This document shows positions 9,323 to 18,983 of a stretch of DNA of 64,000 nucleotides, piece by piece. The translations under genes were made by a program, and so were the position numbers. This stretch comes from Acinetobacter phage Acj61. A model generated the notes under the pieces. The model searched no databases and was not told the DNA's origin. It worked only from the letters and a program-made list of their open reading frames with translations. The stretch lies in the sequence record GU911519.1. One strand, written 5' to 3'. How positions within the stretch are numbered: the first letter of the stretch is position 1; every line of letters begins with the position of its first letter.

Positions 9323-9862
9323 TTATGCTCCAATGAATTCTTTGATTTTCAAATCAGCTACTACTTGATCAAATGGCTTGGCTTCGATAACGCCATTGTA
9401 CACATCATGTTCAAGAATTTTGTATGGAGTAATCCAAAGAGCTTTGTACAAGCTTTCGAATTCATCAACGATCTTATTGAATTGATCTTCTGAGATTGCA
9501 ATCAAATCATCGGCGAAATTATCTTCAAGTTTGTTACGAGTGAGTCCAACTACAAGAACTTGGTTGTTCTCGATGAATCGTTGGAAGTCATCCATGAACA
9601 CATCAGTTCGTTTTCCACGAAGTACACTTTCATACACAATGTTACTTAAACCACCACGATCAAGAACATAAGTCTGATCATTATTGATATATTGTAACAT
9701 AGTTTCAAAGATAGCAACTTCATTACGTGTTACACAAGTGAAACGTCCTTCACTTGTCTTTTTAGGAAACTTCATTACCTTTGCTCCAAGGCTTTCGAGG
9801 CCTTGGATAAAAGTAGTTTTTCCTGAGTTGTCGGGACCTTCAACCAGAATTAACTTAGCCAT
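9323..9862 (-). CDS. P-loop nucleotide/nucleoside kinase (thymidylate/dNMP-kinase-like)
   Basis: LILVEGPDNSGKTT Walker A at the N-terminus; 179 aa; a second kinase in addition to gp1. Confidence 0.55.
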   Translation of the reverse strand: MAKLILVEGPDNSGKTTFIQGLESLGAKVMKFPKKTSEGRFTCVTRNEVAIFETMLQYINNDQTYVLDRGGLSNIVYESVLRGKRTDVFMDDFQRFIENNQVLVVGLTRNKLEDNFADDLIAISEDQFNKIVDEFESLYKALWITPYKILEHDVYNGVIEAKPFDQVVADLKIKEFIGA

Positions 9863-10779
9863 ACATCTTCTCCATTTTCGATAACTACATCTTCGTATAG
9901 AGGCATTATATACTCGGATTCAATGTCAGCATCGAAATAGATCAATTCTGCAAGACCTGGATGAAAAACTTTTTGAGGATTTTCATTGTAGATAATTTTT
10001 GGTTGTCCAATCAAAACTCGATAATAATCTTGCTTTGACAACTTGATATTGTGAATCACAGCTCGTTCAGGATATTTTGAACGATCGAACGTGTCATTAG
10101 GGTCGGTCACAAAGACTGCACCATTTTTGAGTTCCATAGATTTCTCTACAACTGCATCAAAATCATAACACTTATCCGAGATTCGGAATGGATGAAAAAT
10201 AGTTCTATCACCAATATGAATAACTTCTGCATCACCCAAATATCGGTCAATGATTTCTGGACTCACAACCTTTTGACAAACAACAATTTTTTCTGCCGGG
10301 GCACCATTTTCAACAAGTACATCTTTTTGACATTGATTCAAAACGAATGTACGTTGTGATAAGATCACACTTGCTACATCAGTTTGTAAGAATCCATCAA
10401 TGTATGCTCGTGGATTTTCAGGGTCAGCAGTAATGTTGAAGTTGAAGATGATTGGAATCTTGCCGAAGTAACCAGTGATATCCGTCACAACGATATCGCA
10501 ATCCAAGAATGTGATGATCTTTGCAATCTTATCACGATTACAATTCCAGAACGATCGACGTGTTTCAAATGCATTAGTCATGTAAGGCACTTGGATGTAC
10601 ACGAATTCCGGAAAGAGTTCTTTAAGTTCATCATAGTCTGCAATAGCTGTTGGGATTGTAATTACATCACCAGCTCGAGCACGACTTAAATGAAGTTGGA
10701 AATTGCCGTCCTTAAGGACTGAGTATAACCCAGTCTCATAAGAACGCATAGAGAAGATTGGTACAATCAGCTTACGCAT
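9850..10779 (-). CDS. Hypothetical protein in the hmC-modification cluster (possible sugar transferase)
   Basis: 309 aa; occupies the position where T4 carries beta-gt; no recognisable motif. Confidence 0.4.
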   Translation of the reverse strand: MRKLIVPIFSMRSYETGLYSVLKDGNFQLHLSRARAGDVITIPTAIADYDELKELFPEFVYIQVPYMTNAFETRRSFWNCNRDKIAKIITFLDCDIVVTDITGYFGKIPIIFNFNITADPENPRAYIDGFLQTDVASVILSQRTFVLNQCQKDVLVENGAPAEKIVVCQKVVSPEIIDRYLGDAEVIHIGDRTIFHPFRISDKCYDFDAVVEKSMELKNGAVFVTDPNDTFDRSKYPERAVIHNIKLSKQDYYRVLIGQPKIIYNENPQKVFHPGLAELIYFDADIESEYIMPLYEDVVIENGEDVWLS

Positions 10780-10789
10780 ATCAGGTTCC

Positions 10790-11503
10790 TTATTTTACCC
10801 ATGGTAAAAATGTTTTGACATATTCGAGGTCTCGTTCAAAGACATGAGCAGATACGATTGAATGTGAATATGTACCCAATTCTACTCCACATTTATCAGC
10901 AATGTGTTGCATAAATTTCTGCATCAAGTAGAAATCTAATTGCATAACAACAGCACAGTTTTGACTACGCATGTGTGTATGAGCATAAAGGCGACCTTCA
11001 CGAATATAGAACGTCACAGAATCAGTACACGGATATTCCAATGTTTCATCTGCATCAAGAAGAACTTGGTCCTGTTCTTGCAAGATTTGAAAAACTACTC
11101 GACGTGAGTTTTCCTTTTCTTTGAGCTCTTTAATAAGAGCGGGCATTTGTGCAGCGATTCGTGGACCATAGAAAGTGTTGAAATTCGCAGGAAGAGATTC
11201 CGTCTTCGGTTTCGCAAGGAATTTCGCGACATTTGGATATTCCTTAAACGCTTGTTCCGCATCTGTGCCACCTGCAATCATGAATTCCCAGAACTTTTCT
11301 GCATAGTTGTAATCAATACGATTGATCTTTTTGTTTCCGAAAGTTGCACCTTCTTCAGGATATTCAACTTCGATTAGAAGTGATCCAATTTCACGACATT
11401 TGCCAATGCGAGATTCAGTGATGAATTCAGGAGTTTCTACTACTTTGGCGACAGTCAATAAGAATGCTTCTTCAAATGTTGCTGCGTCTATATACTTTGA
11501 CAT
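10790..11503 (-). CDS. 42: dCMP hydroxymethylase gp42
   Basis: Thymidylate-synthase-like active-site segment CTDSVTFYIREGRLYAHTHMRSQNCAVVM matches T4 gp42 CTNTVQYLIRDKKINAVVNMRSND. Confidence 0.8.
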   Translation of the reverse strand: MSKYIDAATFEEAFLLTVAKVVETPEFITESRIGKCREIGSLLIEVEYPEEGATFGNKKINRIDYNYAEKFWEFMIAGGTDAEQAFKEYPNVAKFLAKPKTESLPANFNTFYGPRIAAQMPALIKELKEKENSRRVVFQILQEQDQVLLDADETLEYPCTDSVTFYIREGRLYAHTHMRSQNCAVVMQLDFYLMQKFMQHIADKCGVELGTYSHSIVSAHVFERDLEYVKTFLPWVK

Positions 11504-11889
11504 TACTTCACCTGTGGTTTGTATGGTTGTTTAGATAATAATTCATTTTTGAAGAAAGCATCTTTGAATTCTTGTGGATTCATCGATTTGTCATCAATAA
11601 TCCAGTCATACACGGGCTTGTGAGTCATGAGTTCATGATATTTGACGCCGATCTTTTCAAGATTCTTGACTAAAGATGGAACGATATCTGTTGCGATACG
11701 TCCAGGACCAACTGACTTCATTCCACGAGCAGTGTAAAGAGTGATATGATGACCTTGCTCATACAACTCATTGATAATTTGAACCATTGTTACATCAGGC
11801 TTGAAATTTTCATAATCTCTGTTGTCGTCCCAGAGAGTTATCGTATCATCGATGTCCACACAAAAATGCTTGCGTTTTACATTGTCCAT
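11503..11889 (-). CDS. HAD-superfamily sugar-phosphate phosphatase
   Basis: HAD motif I CVDIDDTIT; start placed at MDNVKRK (TAATG overlap with the upstream stop); 128 aa. Confidence 0.55.
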   Translation of the reverse strand: MDNVKRKHFCVDIDDTITLWDDNRDYENFKPDVTMVQIINELYEQGHHITLYTARGMKSVGPGRIATDIVPSLVKNLEKIGVKYHELMTHKPVYDWIIDDKSMNPQEFKDAFFKNELLSKQPYKPQVK

Positions 11890-12209
11890 TAGTATAAGTC
11901 CTCTGAAAATAAAATACCTGGCGAACCAGTAACACGACGAATTTGATTTGCTGCTTTGGCAATTAACCAAGCTTCTTCACGATCAACAAAACGTCCTTCC
12001 GATGTGGTGAATCCTTGATGCCAGTGATTGTAGTCAGCATCTTCACCATAAATTTTATCAGCGACATTAAAAAATATATCGTCGCCATGACGTTTAGACA
12101 TAATCATCATATTGTCTTCAGGATTCAGTGCCGAAGCACTGATCACGATTTCCTGAAGTTGACGATGTCCAGTATGTTTATCAACACATAATAGAGCACC
12201 GATTGGCAT
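11889..12209 (-). CDS. Hypothetical protein
   Basis: 106-aa ORF translationally coupled to its neighbours. Confidence 0.45.
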   Translation of the reverse strand: MPIGALLCVDKHTGHRQLQEIVISASALNPEDNMMIMSKRHGDDIFFNVADKIYGEDADYNHWHQGFTTSEGRFVDREEAWLIAKAANQIRRVTGSPGILFSEDLY

Positions 12210-13867
12210 TAGATTTTCTCCCAGTCAAAAACTTGTACAGGATGAGCATTAGGGCGATACTTTTCACCAGTTTCTAAGTCTGTAAGAAGCCATTTGCCTG
12301 GATTCTTTGTCTTTAGAACTGATACGACGAGATCAGTATCATGTGAAACTTTACCATTACGAAGACGTCGACCAGCTTCATCAAGAGTCCGAGTCAATAG
12401 ATGCATCCCGTAATAGTATGCACTTACTGCTTTGATTGGATTGTTCTTGAAATATCCAGCTAATGCGATCCAAATAACTGCAACCCATAGACGATGGAAA
12501 ATGTTGAAGTTTGGATTGTAGAAGCTATCAAGTTCATTGATCTTGACTGTTGCTGATTGACCATCAATCGATAATCCACCCCACATAGGGTCAGAATTAA
12601 ATTCATCATAACCACTTAATGCATAAAGCACTTTAGCTTCATCATAAATTCGTGGACCAAATAATTTCGTTTTACCGAAGTAGCCACGTGGGTCAATCAA
12701 ACGAACACCTGAATCATCGAGCATCAAGTTACTAAAGTTCGGATCACCATGAATGATGTGGTAGTTATTGTGAATTGATTCATAGATCAAATGTGAATAT
12801 GCTTGTTGCAACATAGTCTTCAAACGACCAATACGAGTTCCATTGACAAAACGAATCTTGCCGAATGAATCAATGACACCTTGAATTTCTTTACAACGAG
12901 CTAAAACTTTATCGATGACTTCATATTGATAATCACGAGCTTTAGTTTCGTATGTGACTTTGCATCCAATTTCTGGGAATTTCAAAGTTTCAAGAATTTC
13001 ATCCAATAATTCTGGTTTGTAGACTTCGAACATTGGTTTGCCATGAATTCGTTCCATTTTGAAGTTGCATGCATTAGGAGTATTGCGTCGATCAATAATC
13101 TTTGGCAATGCTGGGCTATCAACATGGTCATACCATGACAGTTCTTCAGCTTGCAGTTCACGACCCTTTTCATTTAATGCAGCTTTGAAAACTACATCAC
13201 CAGAGAAAGTAACTGAGTTGAATTCACGATTCAATTCACGATGACGATGAGCATTTTGAAGTTTCGGTTTGTCACCTAAATCAGTGAGCCCAATCAATTC
13301 TTCTTGATAGAACGAATCTTTAACATCGAGCAATTCGACAAAGTCACGACCTTTGAAATATTCGTTGGCTTCATCTTTGTCATCGAAACGCTGAATGAAG
13401 AAATCATCGTACTGATAAATGCCAACTACGTTGCCGCCGGTTCCACCGGTTTCTTTGAGTTCATTGCCATCAAAGTTATAGCGGCATTCATCACCGAATG
13501 TGTAGATCGCATCATGGTCCCATGAGAATGCATCAAATTCTGGAATGACATCACACCAGTTGAAAACGACATTATGCCCATTGATTCGATTGGCAACTTG
13601 AGATATAGCATAGGCTGAACCATAAGCTTCGTCAACTGTTTCAACTGTGATGTTGAGTTTAAAGACTTTGGCATATTCGCGAACTTGTTTTGCAAACTTG
13701 CTATGAACGACAACAATAATTTCTTGAGCACCAGCTTGTTTATAGATCGAATATAAATGATGCAGAATTGTGTGTTGTTTGTAGTTCACCAAGACTTTAG
13801 GAATATGGTGTGTGATTGGATACAATCGAGTTGCAAGTCCAGCACCAAGAATAACTACTTTTTTCAT
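12209..13867 (-). CDS. Bifunctional sugar-1-phosphate nucleotidyltransferase (N-terminal) / APH-like anomeric sugar kinase (C-terminal)
   Basis: N-terminal ILGAGLATRL resembles the G-x-G-x-R NTase signature (RmlA/GlmU/MurU type). C-terminal HGDPNFSNLMLDD...IDPRG resembles the APH/choline-kinase/AmgK/NahK catalytic loop. Confidence 0.6.
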   Translation of the reverse strand: MKKVVILGAGLATRLYPITHHIPKVLVNYKQHTILHHLYSIYKQAGAQEIIVVVHSKFAKQVREYAKVFKLNITVETVDEAYGSAYAISQVANRINGHNVVFNWCDVIPEFDAFSWDHDAIYTFGDECRYNFDGNELKETGGTGGNVVGIYQYDDFFIQRFDDKDEANEYFKGRDFVELLDVKDSFYQEELIGLTDLGDKPKLQNAHRHRELNREFNSVTFSGDVVFKAALNEKGRELQAEELSWYDHVDSPALPKIIDRRNTPNACNFKMERIHGKPMFEVYKPELLDEILETLKFPEIGCKVTYETKARDYQYEVIDKVLARCKEIQGVIDSFGKIRFVNGTRIGRLKTMLQQAYSHLIYESIHNNYHIIHGDPNFSNLMLDDSGVRLIDPRGYFGKTKLFGPRIYDEAKVLYALSGYDEFNSDPMWGGLSIDGQSATVKINELDSFYNPNFNIFHRLWVAVIWIALAGYFKNNPIKAVSAYYYGMHLLTRTLDEAGRRLRNGKVSHDTDLVVSVLKTKNPGKWLLTDLETGEKYRPNAHPVQVFDWEKI

Positions 13868-13940
13868 ATTTGAATAATTCCTAAGAAGAACTGTGATACG
13901 TTAATTATACCACAGTTCTGAGTTAAAGTACATTGCTATT

Positions 13941-14573
13941 TTATTTAGTTTCGGACTTTAACATAGCACCTAATGAACCGCCAGGATGATACGCATAGAA
14001 ATCTTCACGTTTAAAGCCAACATACTTCGACAGAATGACACCGATTGTATCGAGAAGAGCCAATAGAACTGTCGTACTGGTCGTCGGAGCCAAGTTATTG
14101 TCATCACATTCTACAATGCCAGGAATACCAAATTCGATGTCAAATGGAGCTTTCTGCTCATCAGTCAAATTCGGGTTACAATGTAACAAGATTTGAAGAA
14201 CATTTGGACGAATTTTATTGAGGTGCTGTGCCATGTACTGCATTTCGTCAGTTTTGCCTGAACGTGAAACGTGAATAACTACGTCGTCATGTGCAATGAA
14301 GCCAGCGTCACCGTGTGAATAATGACATGTGTTAAGGTACATTGATGGGATACCTAAGCTTGCGAAAGTTTCAGAAGCTTTAGCTGCCATGTTTGCATTT
14401 TTACCAACACCGGTGATCATGATACGACGACGATAATTTGATGCTGCAACTGGCTTTAACGTTTCAATCATGCTGTCATATTTGTCGCCGTTAAGAGCGA
14501 TCGCGGTATGAAGATGATCTAATGCGTCATTTTGAGCTTCAACAACTTGTAATGCTAAATCGATATTGTCCAT
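13941..14573 (-). CDS. SIS-domain sugar-phosphate isomerase (KdsD/GutQ-like arabinose-5-phosphate isomerase type, no CBS domains)
   Basis: ITGVGKNANMAAKASETFASLGIPS...HGDAGFI resembles KdsD GxGKSG...LASTGTP...HGDLG; 210 aa, single SIS domain. Confidence 0.6.
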   Translation of the reverse strand: MDNIDLALQVVEAQNDALDHLHTAIALNGDKYDSMIETLKPVAASNYRRRIMITGVGKNANMAAKASETFASLGIPSMYLNTCHYSHGDAGFIAHDDVVIHVSRSGKTDEMQYMAQHLNKIRPNVLQILLHCNPNLTDEQKAPFDIEFGIPGIVECDDNNLAPTTSTTVLLALLDTIGVILSKYVGFKREDFYAYHPGGSLGAMLKSETK

Positions 14574-14581
14574 ATTTACCT

Positions 14582-14854
14582 CTAAATACTAGAAACTGCT
14601 GCGAACTCAGCAATTGCCATAATGAATGTTACAAGAACGAACGCTACTGTGAAAATAAGAGTTCGAACTATTTGAGAACCGGTTAGCCCTTTCAATGCCA
14701 AGATGAATGCGATAATCCATCCGATAGCAGTCCAACCGAAGAAAATGTTGACCATCAAAACTGATACGTTGTTTGATGTCGTGTAGTAGGTCGCTGTGAT
14801 TCCTGGTAGCAAGTACAGGAAAAATAGTAACGCACAAACTAATAAGATACTCAT
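14582..14854 (-). CDS. Small membrane protein
   Basis: Three TM helices; start taken at the internal Met because the longer ORF overlaps the promoter cassette. Confidence 0.45.
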   Translation of the reverse strand: MSILLVCALLFFLYLLPGITATYYTTSNNVSVLMVNIFFGWTAIGWIIAFILALKGLTGSQIVRTLIFTVAFVLVTFIMAIAEFAAVSSI

Positions 14855-14875
14855 GATGATTTCCTCATCTAAATT

Positions 14876-14920
14876 ATTTGATAGGACCATTATAACACAG
14901 TCCTATCAAATCGTATACTG
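14876..14920 (-). promoter_or_regulatory. Early promoter cassette with inverted repeat
   Basis: TTGATAGGA-N-TATAAT-GGTCCTATCAAA on the minus strand; weaker -35. Confidence 0.4.
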
Positions 14921-14929
14921 CTTTATGAA

Positions 14930-16102
14930 TTAAAAACCGAAAATATCTTCAAGAGAAGCTTTCTTTTCACATTGAAGCCCAGCGGCTTCACACATACCTT
15001 CAAGTGGAGTCTTGAAAGATTTACCGAATAATGAGACATAATCGACTGAACGTAGAACGTTTTGACGAATCTCAGTTGGAATCTCTGTACCAGAAGGCCA
15101 TGCAATCAATTTGTCACCAAATGGGTTGGCAGGTACTAATGGCAGAACCATGACCTTTTCGCCTTCTTGGATGTCTGTTGCACCAGGGATTTCTTTGATT
15201 GCTCGTTTGTAAGTCAGAACTCCACGAATATGAGCAGGACACTTGAGACCAGGGAATCCATTGTCATCATATTTAGCAATGTTGTTTGCAGACGAAACTT
15301 TAGCGATCACTTTGTAATCAAGAGCTCGATATTCATTTTCAAACTCTTTGTAGTAAGTTTGAAGTGATTTCTCACCTTCTTGAAGCATTCGGCGAATAGA
15401 TTCAACTAATGCATCTTGAACTGCCTTAGGAGTAGATGATTGCTGAGTTTCCATTCCCATGATTTTCAAGTATGGTGTCTTGAATCGAGTACCTTCCATG
15501 TCCCATACACAAAGTGCATATCGTTTCTTAGCTTTCCAGAATCCACCGATACCTTCAGAACCAAGTGGTGGTGCAGAGATTGCTTCACGATCCATAAACA
15601 TCAAATGTTCGCGATTGTTCATGTACTCACACATTTCACGATATGCTGTATCAATCATTGGTTCCATTTTCTTGAGACCAAATTGATTCAAGAATTCGAT
15701 CAAATCATTTGTCTCTTTGAAACGTTCGATGCCAACTTTTTCAATTACTTTGTCAACACAGACATAGATCGAATCTGTATCACCAGCAATAACGAATGCA
15801 TGTCCTGTAGTTCCACAGACTTTATTCAAGTACTCGTTAACTTTTCGTTCAATCCATTGAATTGCCATTTGTCCAAACGTAGTAATTGCTGCAGCATTTC
15901 GAAGATCATAGAATCGGAAATAAATATTACCTAAAGCACCATACAACGAGTTAATGAGTAGCTTTCGGTTGATCTGATTCGTGTCACACAACATGATGAA
16001 ATCGGCACAATCTTGTTCAAGTTTTTCGATTTCTTCGTCAGACAGTGTTTGAAGATAAGCGATTTCTTCGTCAGTGAAATCACGTCCAAAGTCAAGGTTC
16101 AT
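14930..16102 (-). CDS. 43: DNA polymerase gp43, C-terminal fragment (43B): polymerase motifs B and C
   Basis: KLLINSLYGALG (motif B) and VIAGDTDSIYV (motif C) of family-B polymerases; 390 aa; own ATG start. Confidence 0.85.
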   Translation of the reverse strand: MNLDFGRDFTDEEIAYLQTLSDEEIEKLEQDCADFIMLCDTNQINRKLLINSLYGALGNIYFRFYDLRNAAAITTFGQMAIQWIERKVNEYLNKVCGTTGHAFVIAGDTDSIYVCVDKVIEKVGIERFKETNDLIEFLNQFGLKKMEPMIDTAYREMCEYMNNREHLMFMDREAISAPPLGSEGIGGFWKAKKRYALCVWDMEGTRFKTPYLKIMGMETQQSSTPKAVQDALVESIRRMLQEGEKSLQTYYKEFENEYRALDYKVIAKVSSANNIAKYDDNGFPGLKCPAHIRGVLTYKRAIKEIPGATDIQEGEKVMVLPLVPANPFGDKLIAWPSGTEIPTEIRQNVLRSVDYVSLFGKSFKTPLEGMCEAAGLQCEKKASLEDIFGF

Positions 16103-16144
16103 AAGAACTCCAATTAAGATGGGATAATGTAATTGTATATCAAA

Positions 16145-16318
16145 TTATCGATTCGCACCTGTCGAATCAACTGAGCCGTCACAGACTACACACGGGACTC
16201 TACCAGTTTCTCGTATGTAGTTCTGACGGATTTCTTCAGAAGTCATTGTAGGTGCATCGTAATGATACGTAGTGCAGCCGGTAAGAGTGATAATCAATAA
16301 GCTAATTGCGTACTTCAT
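16145..16318 (-). CDS. Small lipoprotein (57 aa)
   Basis: Unlisted ORF MKYAISLLIITLTGC... with lipobox. Confidence 0.35.
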   Translation of the reverse strand: MKYAISLLIITLTGCTTYHYDAPTMTSEEIRQNYIRETGRVPCVVCDGSVDSTGANR

Positions 16319-16484
16319 ATGTTATGTCTACCCGTGCTGTAAGAGATAATTCTTCTTCGCAATTTGAGCATTCGATGACGAATGAATCGCCATCATGTCT
16401 CCAGTTTTCAGTGTAGTCGGTAGAGTCGTTTTGGTGTCCACAGAATGGACACCCAACGTCATCACTCATACTTTTCACCTTCAA
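16302..16484 (-). CDS. Small zinc-ribbon protein
   Basis: CPFCGH...CSNCEE CxxC pairs; 60 aa. Confidence 0.45.
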   Translation of the reverse strand: MKVKSMSDDVGCPFCGHQNDSTDYTENWRHDGDSFVIECSNCEEELSLTARVDITYEVRN

Positions 16485-17019
16485 CTTTATTTTGAAGTTT
16501 GAAACGACGATTCAAGTCAACGTTAATGTTGAGATATCCTGACACGTTTCGTGAAATTTTGTCTGCAACACCTGCATCGTTTGCAAGTGAAACAAGTTCA
16601 GTCAAACGAATTTCAGCTTCATTGATCTCGCCTGTGTAGTCTGATGAGCTATAACGCTGAGAATAATTTGCATACGTGTAATCATGTACTGCAGATTGAA
16701 TTCGACGTTGTAATTGATCGATCATAGATGTGCCTCGTTGATAGTAGACTGGCTCTGGTTTCTTCCAATCATATGGGAATAATTTGTGGCACTTTGTGCA
16801 ACGTTTTTGAGGAGGATTCGATAGTAACATACGTCCTTCCTGAAATTCATGTTCGCATTCTGGAATACGAGGCTCGATACCTGAAACACATCCAGTTGTT
16901 AAGCTCAGAGGTGCTTGCACTGGCGGTGTAGCAACAAGTATTGAATGTTTCAATTCAGGTGCAGGTTGTCCATATACACCATTGAACCATTGTTCAGCTA
17001 AAGATTTCATACGAACCAC
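16462..17019 (-). CDS. Hypothetical protein with Cys/His cluster
   Basis: 185 aa; CEHEF...CTKCHK. Confidence 0.5.
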   Translation of the reverse strand: MVRMKSLAEQWFNGVYGQPAPELKHSILVATPPVQAPLSLTTGCVSGIEPRIPECEHEFQEGRMLLSNPPQKRCTKCHKLFPYDWKKPEPVYYQRGTSMIDQLQRRIQSAVHDYTYANYSQRYSSSDYTGEINEAEIRLTELVSLANDAGVADKISRNVSGYLNINVDLNRRFKLQNKVEGEKYE

Positions 17020-17483
17020 TCCGGTTGATTACGATTTTTCCATTCAGCAAGATTTCGTTTTTCAGTCATGTACAACTCGCGATACAATTGAACTGTGTCT
17101 GCGTTGTGTACTACACGTCCAGGCAAAACTGCAACGAATGGAGTCAATTCACCTTTTCCATCAGGAATTTTATCAAGAACATCGATAAACAAAGGAATCA
17201 AACGAGAACCTGCATGTACCTTACCATATCGATGAGTGTACTCATCAAGAAGAGCCATGTTAAGTTCGAGTAGATATTCAAAGTTTGCTTTAGATTCACG
17301 AACCCAAACTGCTGAAGGATGATTGACATGAGTTTTACGATACATATCTTCCGTAGCTAAGCCGAAAACATGGCATGCAGTCGAAAGAAGTTGATTGTAC
17401 TCAGTAATCATTTTAACAACGTGTTTGTTGCCATGTGCTTGAGCACATAGATTTATGTCGTGATCTAAAAGAAAGATGTTCAT
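17007..17483 (-). CDS. Hypothetical protein
   Basis: 158-aa ORF in the gp43 split island. Confidence 0.5.
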   Translation of the reverse strand: MNIFLLDHDINLCAQAHGNKHVVKMITEYNQLLSTACHVFGLATEDMYRKTHVNHPSAVWVRESKANFEYLLELNMALLDEYTHRYGKVHAGSRLIPLFIDVLDKIPDGKGELTPFVAVLPGRVVHNADTVQLYRELYMTEKRNLAEWKNRNQPEWFV

Positions 17484-17500
17484 GATAATTCCATCATTGT

Positions 17501-17542
17501 TTTGATAGGACCATTATAACATAGTCCTATCAAAAAGTAAAC
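17501..17542 (-). promoter_or_regulatory. PeSL-like early promoter cassette inside the gp43 split island
   Basis: GTTTAC-N18-TATAAT with flanking TTGATAGGA/TCCTATCAA. Confidence 0.5.
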
Positions 17543-17814
17543 TAAACTTTGGTCAAAAGTTTCTTGATTTCAGAAATTAATGCTTCAACTTCTTTCGCCA
17601 TTGTAGTCTGATGCTCAGGCTTGGTTGTAACTTCAGCAACACCTTTTATTCGATAGGCTGCAATAAGAATCTCTTCAATTTGAGGTTTTAATGCAGGTCC
17701 AACCCGAAAACTTTCGAATTTGAAATCATCGGTACTTATACGACGTGGTTCAGTGATAAGTGGATTGCGTTGTCCAATTCCGATACCAACGCCTGGAAAA
17801 TTACCGTCATGCAT
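17542..17814 (-). CDS. Hypothetical protein
   Basis: 90 aa. Confidence 0.45.
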   Translation of the reverse strand: MHDGNFPGVGIGIGQRNPLITEPRRISTDDFKFESFRVGPALKPQIEEILIAAYRIKGVAEVTTKPEHQTTMAKEVEALISEIKKLLTKV

Positions 17815-17824
17815 AGCATGTCTC

Positions 17825-18022
17825 CTATTTGATTTGCTCTAATTTATCTCGAAGCCCGTGAAGAGTACCAAGTGTACCTTCATCAGTGCAGAACAAGATT
17901 TCGCCTTCGATCATACCTAGACATTCACGAGCGATGAAATGTGCATCATCAAACTTGTCCTTCCAGTTGACCAACTTGTTAGCTTCATTTTCAGAAGCTA
18001 ACGTACCATTAATTGCTATCAT
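17825..18022 (-). CDS. Hypothetical small protein
   Basis: 65 aa. Confidence 0.4.
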   Translation of the reverse strand: MIAINGTLASENEANKLVNWKDKFDDAHFIARECLGMIEGEILFCTDEGTLGTLHGLRDKLEQIK

Positions 18023-18030
18023 TCTAGCTC

Positions 18031-18267
18031 CTAGAATAACCCGTCGATAGTTTCTTTACCAGCAGCGTGTGGATTCATGAACCACAACAAACCAGTGATA
18101 AAACCCGCGATGTACAGCAAAGGAAATGCAATTAACAAAGTCACAATGAATTTGTAGACAATCAATGCTTTCATAGCAGTTGATTCTTGGTCTTTGTATG
18201 CACCTTTAGCAGCTTTGTATAGATCCATTTTATACTCCAATTTCCCAGAAGCATTGTGCAATGGCAT
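18031..18267 (-). CDS. Small membrane protein
   Basis: 78 aa with a TM helix. Confidence 0.4.
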   Translation of the reverse strand: MPLHNASGKLEYKMDLYKAAKGAYKDQESTAMKALIVYKFIVTLLIAFPLLYIAGFITGLLWFMNPHAAGKETIDGLF

Positions 18268-18598
18268 GATTCAATTGCATGTCAGAATGAAGTGACTGCT
18301 GAATCAATTGAGCAACAAATGCAATCTCAGATTCTTTGTTGGCTCGAGCGTTGATAGTAACTTCTGCATTTCGTCGAGCCAGATCGATTGCAGAAAACCG
18401 AGCTTTGTAGCGAGGCTGTGTAATGGCTTTCAATAAACCAGGTTGCCATGAAATCGTGAAGCCAGATTTGATTTCAGCAATAATGAACATACTAGTCTCG
18501 CATGACTGCGTCACGCAGGCTTCGCCTTTCTCATTTTTGTAAATCATTTTTCTCGCTCCAAGATTTTCGTACAGCAAAATCGTAGTCTTTGCTAGCAT
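18230..18598 (-). CDS. Hypothetical protein
   Basis: 122 aa. Confidence 0.45.
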   Translation of the reverse strand: MLAKTTILLYENLGARKMIYKNEKGEACVTQSCETSMFIIAEIKSGFTISWQPGLLKAITQPRYKARFSAIDLARRNAEVTINARANKESEIAFVAQLIQQSLHSDMQLNHAIAQCFWEIGV

Positions 18599-18983
18599 TC
18601 AAGAAATGACCATGCATCTTATGGATTTCAATTGAGATAAGATGAAATACTTCATCATTCATCGGTTTGTGACGATACATATCTGACATACGTTCGATAG
18701 CAACAGTGATGTCGTCTAAGATTGATGCACCACCTGATGATTCAATTCGATCAATAACAACTGGGTCAACATTGACTGCAATAACATTAGCTTGTGGCTT
18801 ACACACAAGAGTGTAAGGATACAACGTAATGATTGTTGTGTCTTCCAATTTTTGCACTGATGGCAATGGATACACTTCAGATGGAGTGAATGACATCAAT
18901 CCATCAATAGGCATCTGTTCTAAACCAATCATATCTTCTACTCCCAAAGTAATCTGAAGTGACAGAACTATTATAATGAACAT
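18531..18983 (-). CDS. Hypothetical protein
   Basis: 150 aa. Confidence 0.45.
   Translation of the reverse strand: MFIIIVLSLQITLGVEDMIGLEQMPIDGLMSFTPSEVYPLPSVQKLEDTTIITLYPYTLVCKPQANVIAVNVDPVVIDRIESSGGASILDDITVAIERMSDMYRHKPMNDEVFHLISIEIHKMHGHFLNASKDYDFAVRKSWSEKNDLQK

Noticed and set aside
15440-15934. 164-aa plus-strand ORF (and many other plus-strand ORFs of 60-100 aa between 1 and 54 kb, e.g. 1255-1473, 5700-5990, 11147-11377, 41978-42394)
   Set aside because: They lie antisense inside strongly supported minus-strand genes (gp43, gp41, NadV and others). Their composition is low-complexity, with no RBS or promoter context, so they are taken as frame artefacts.
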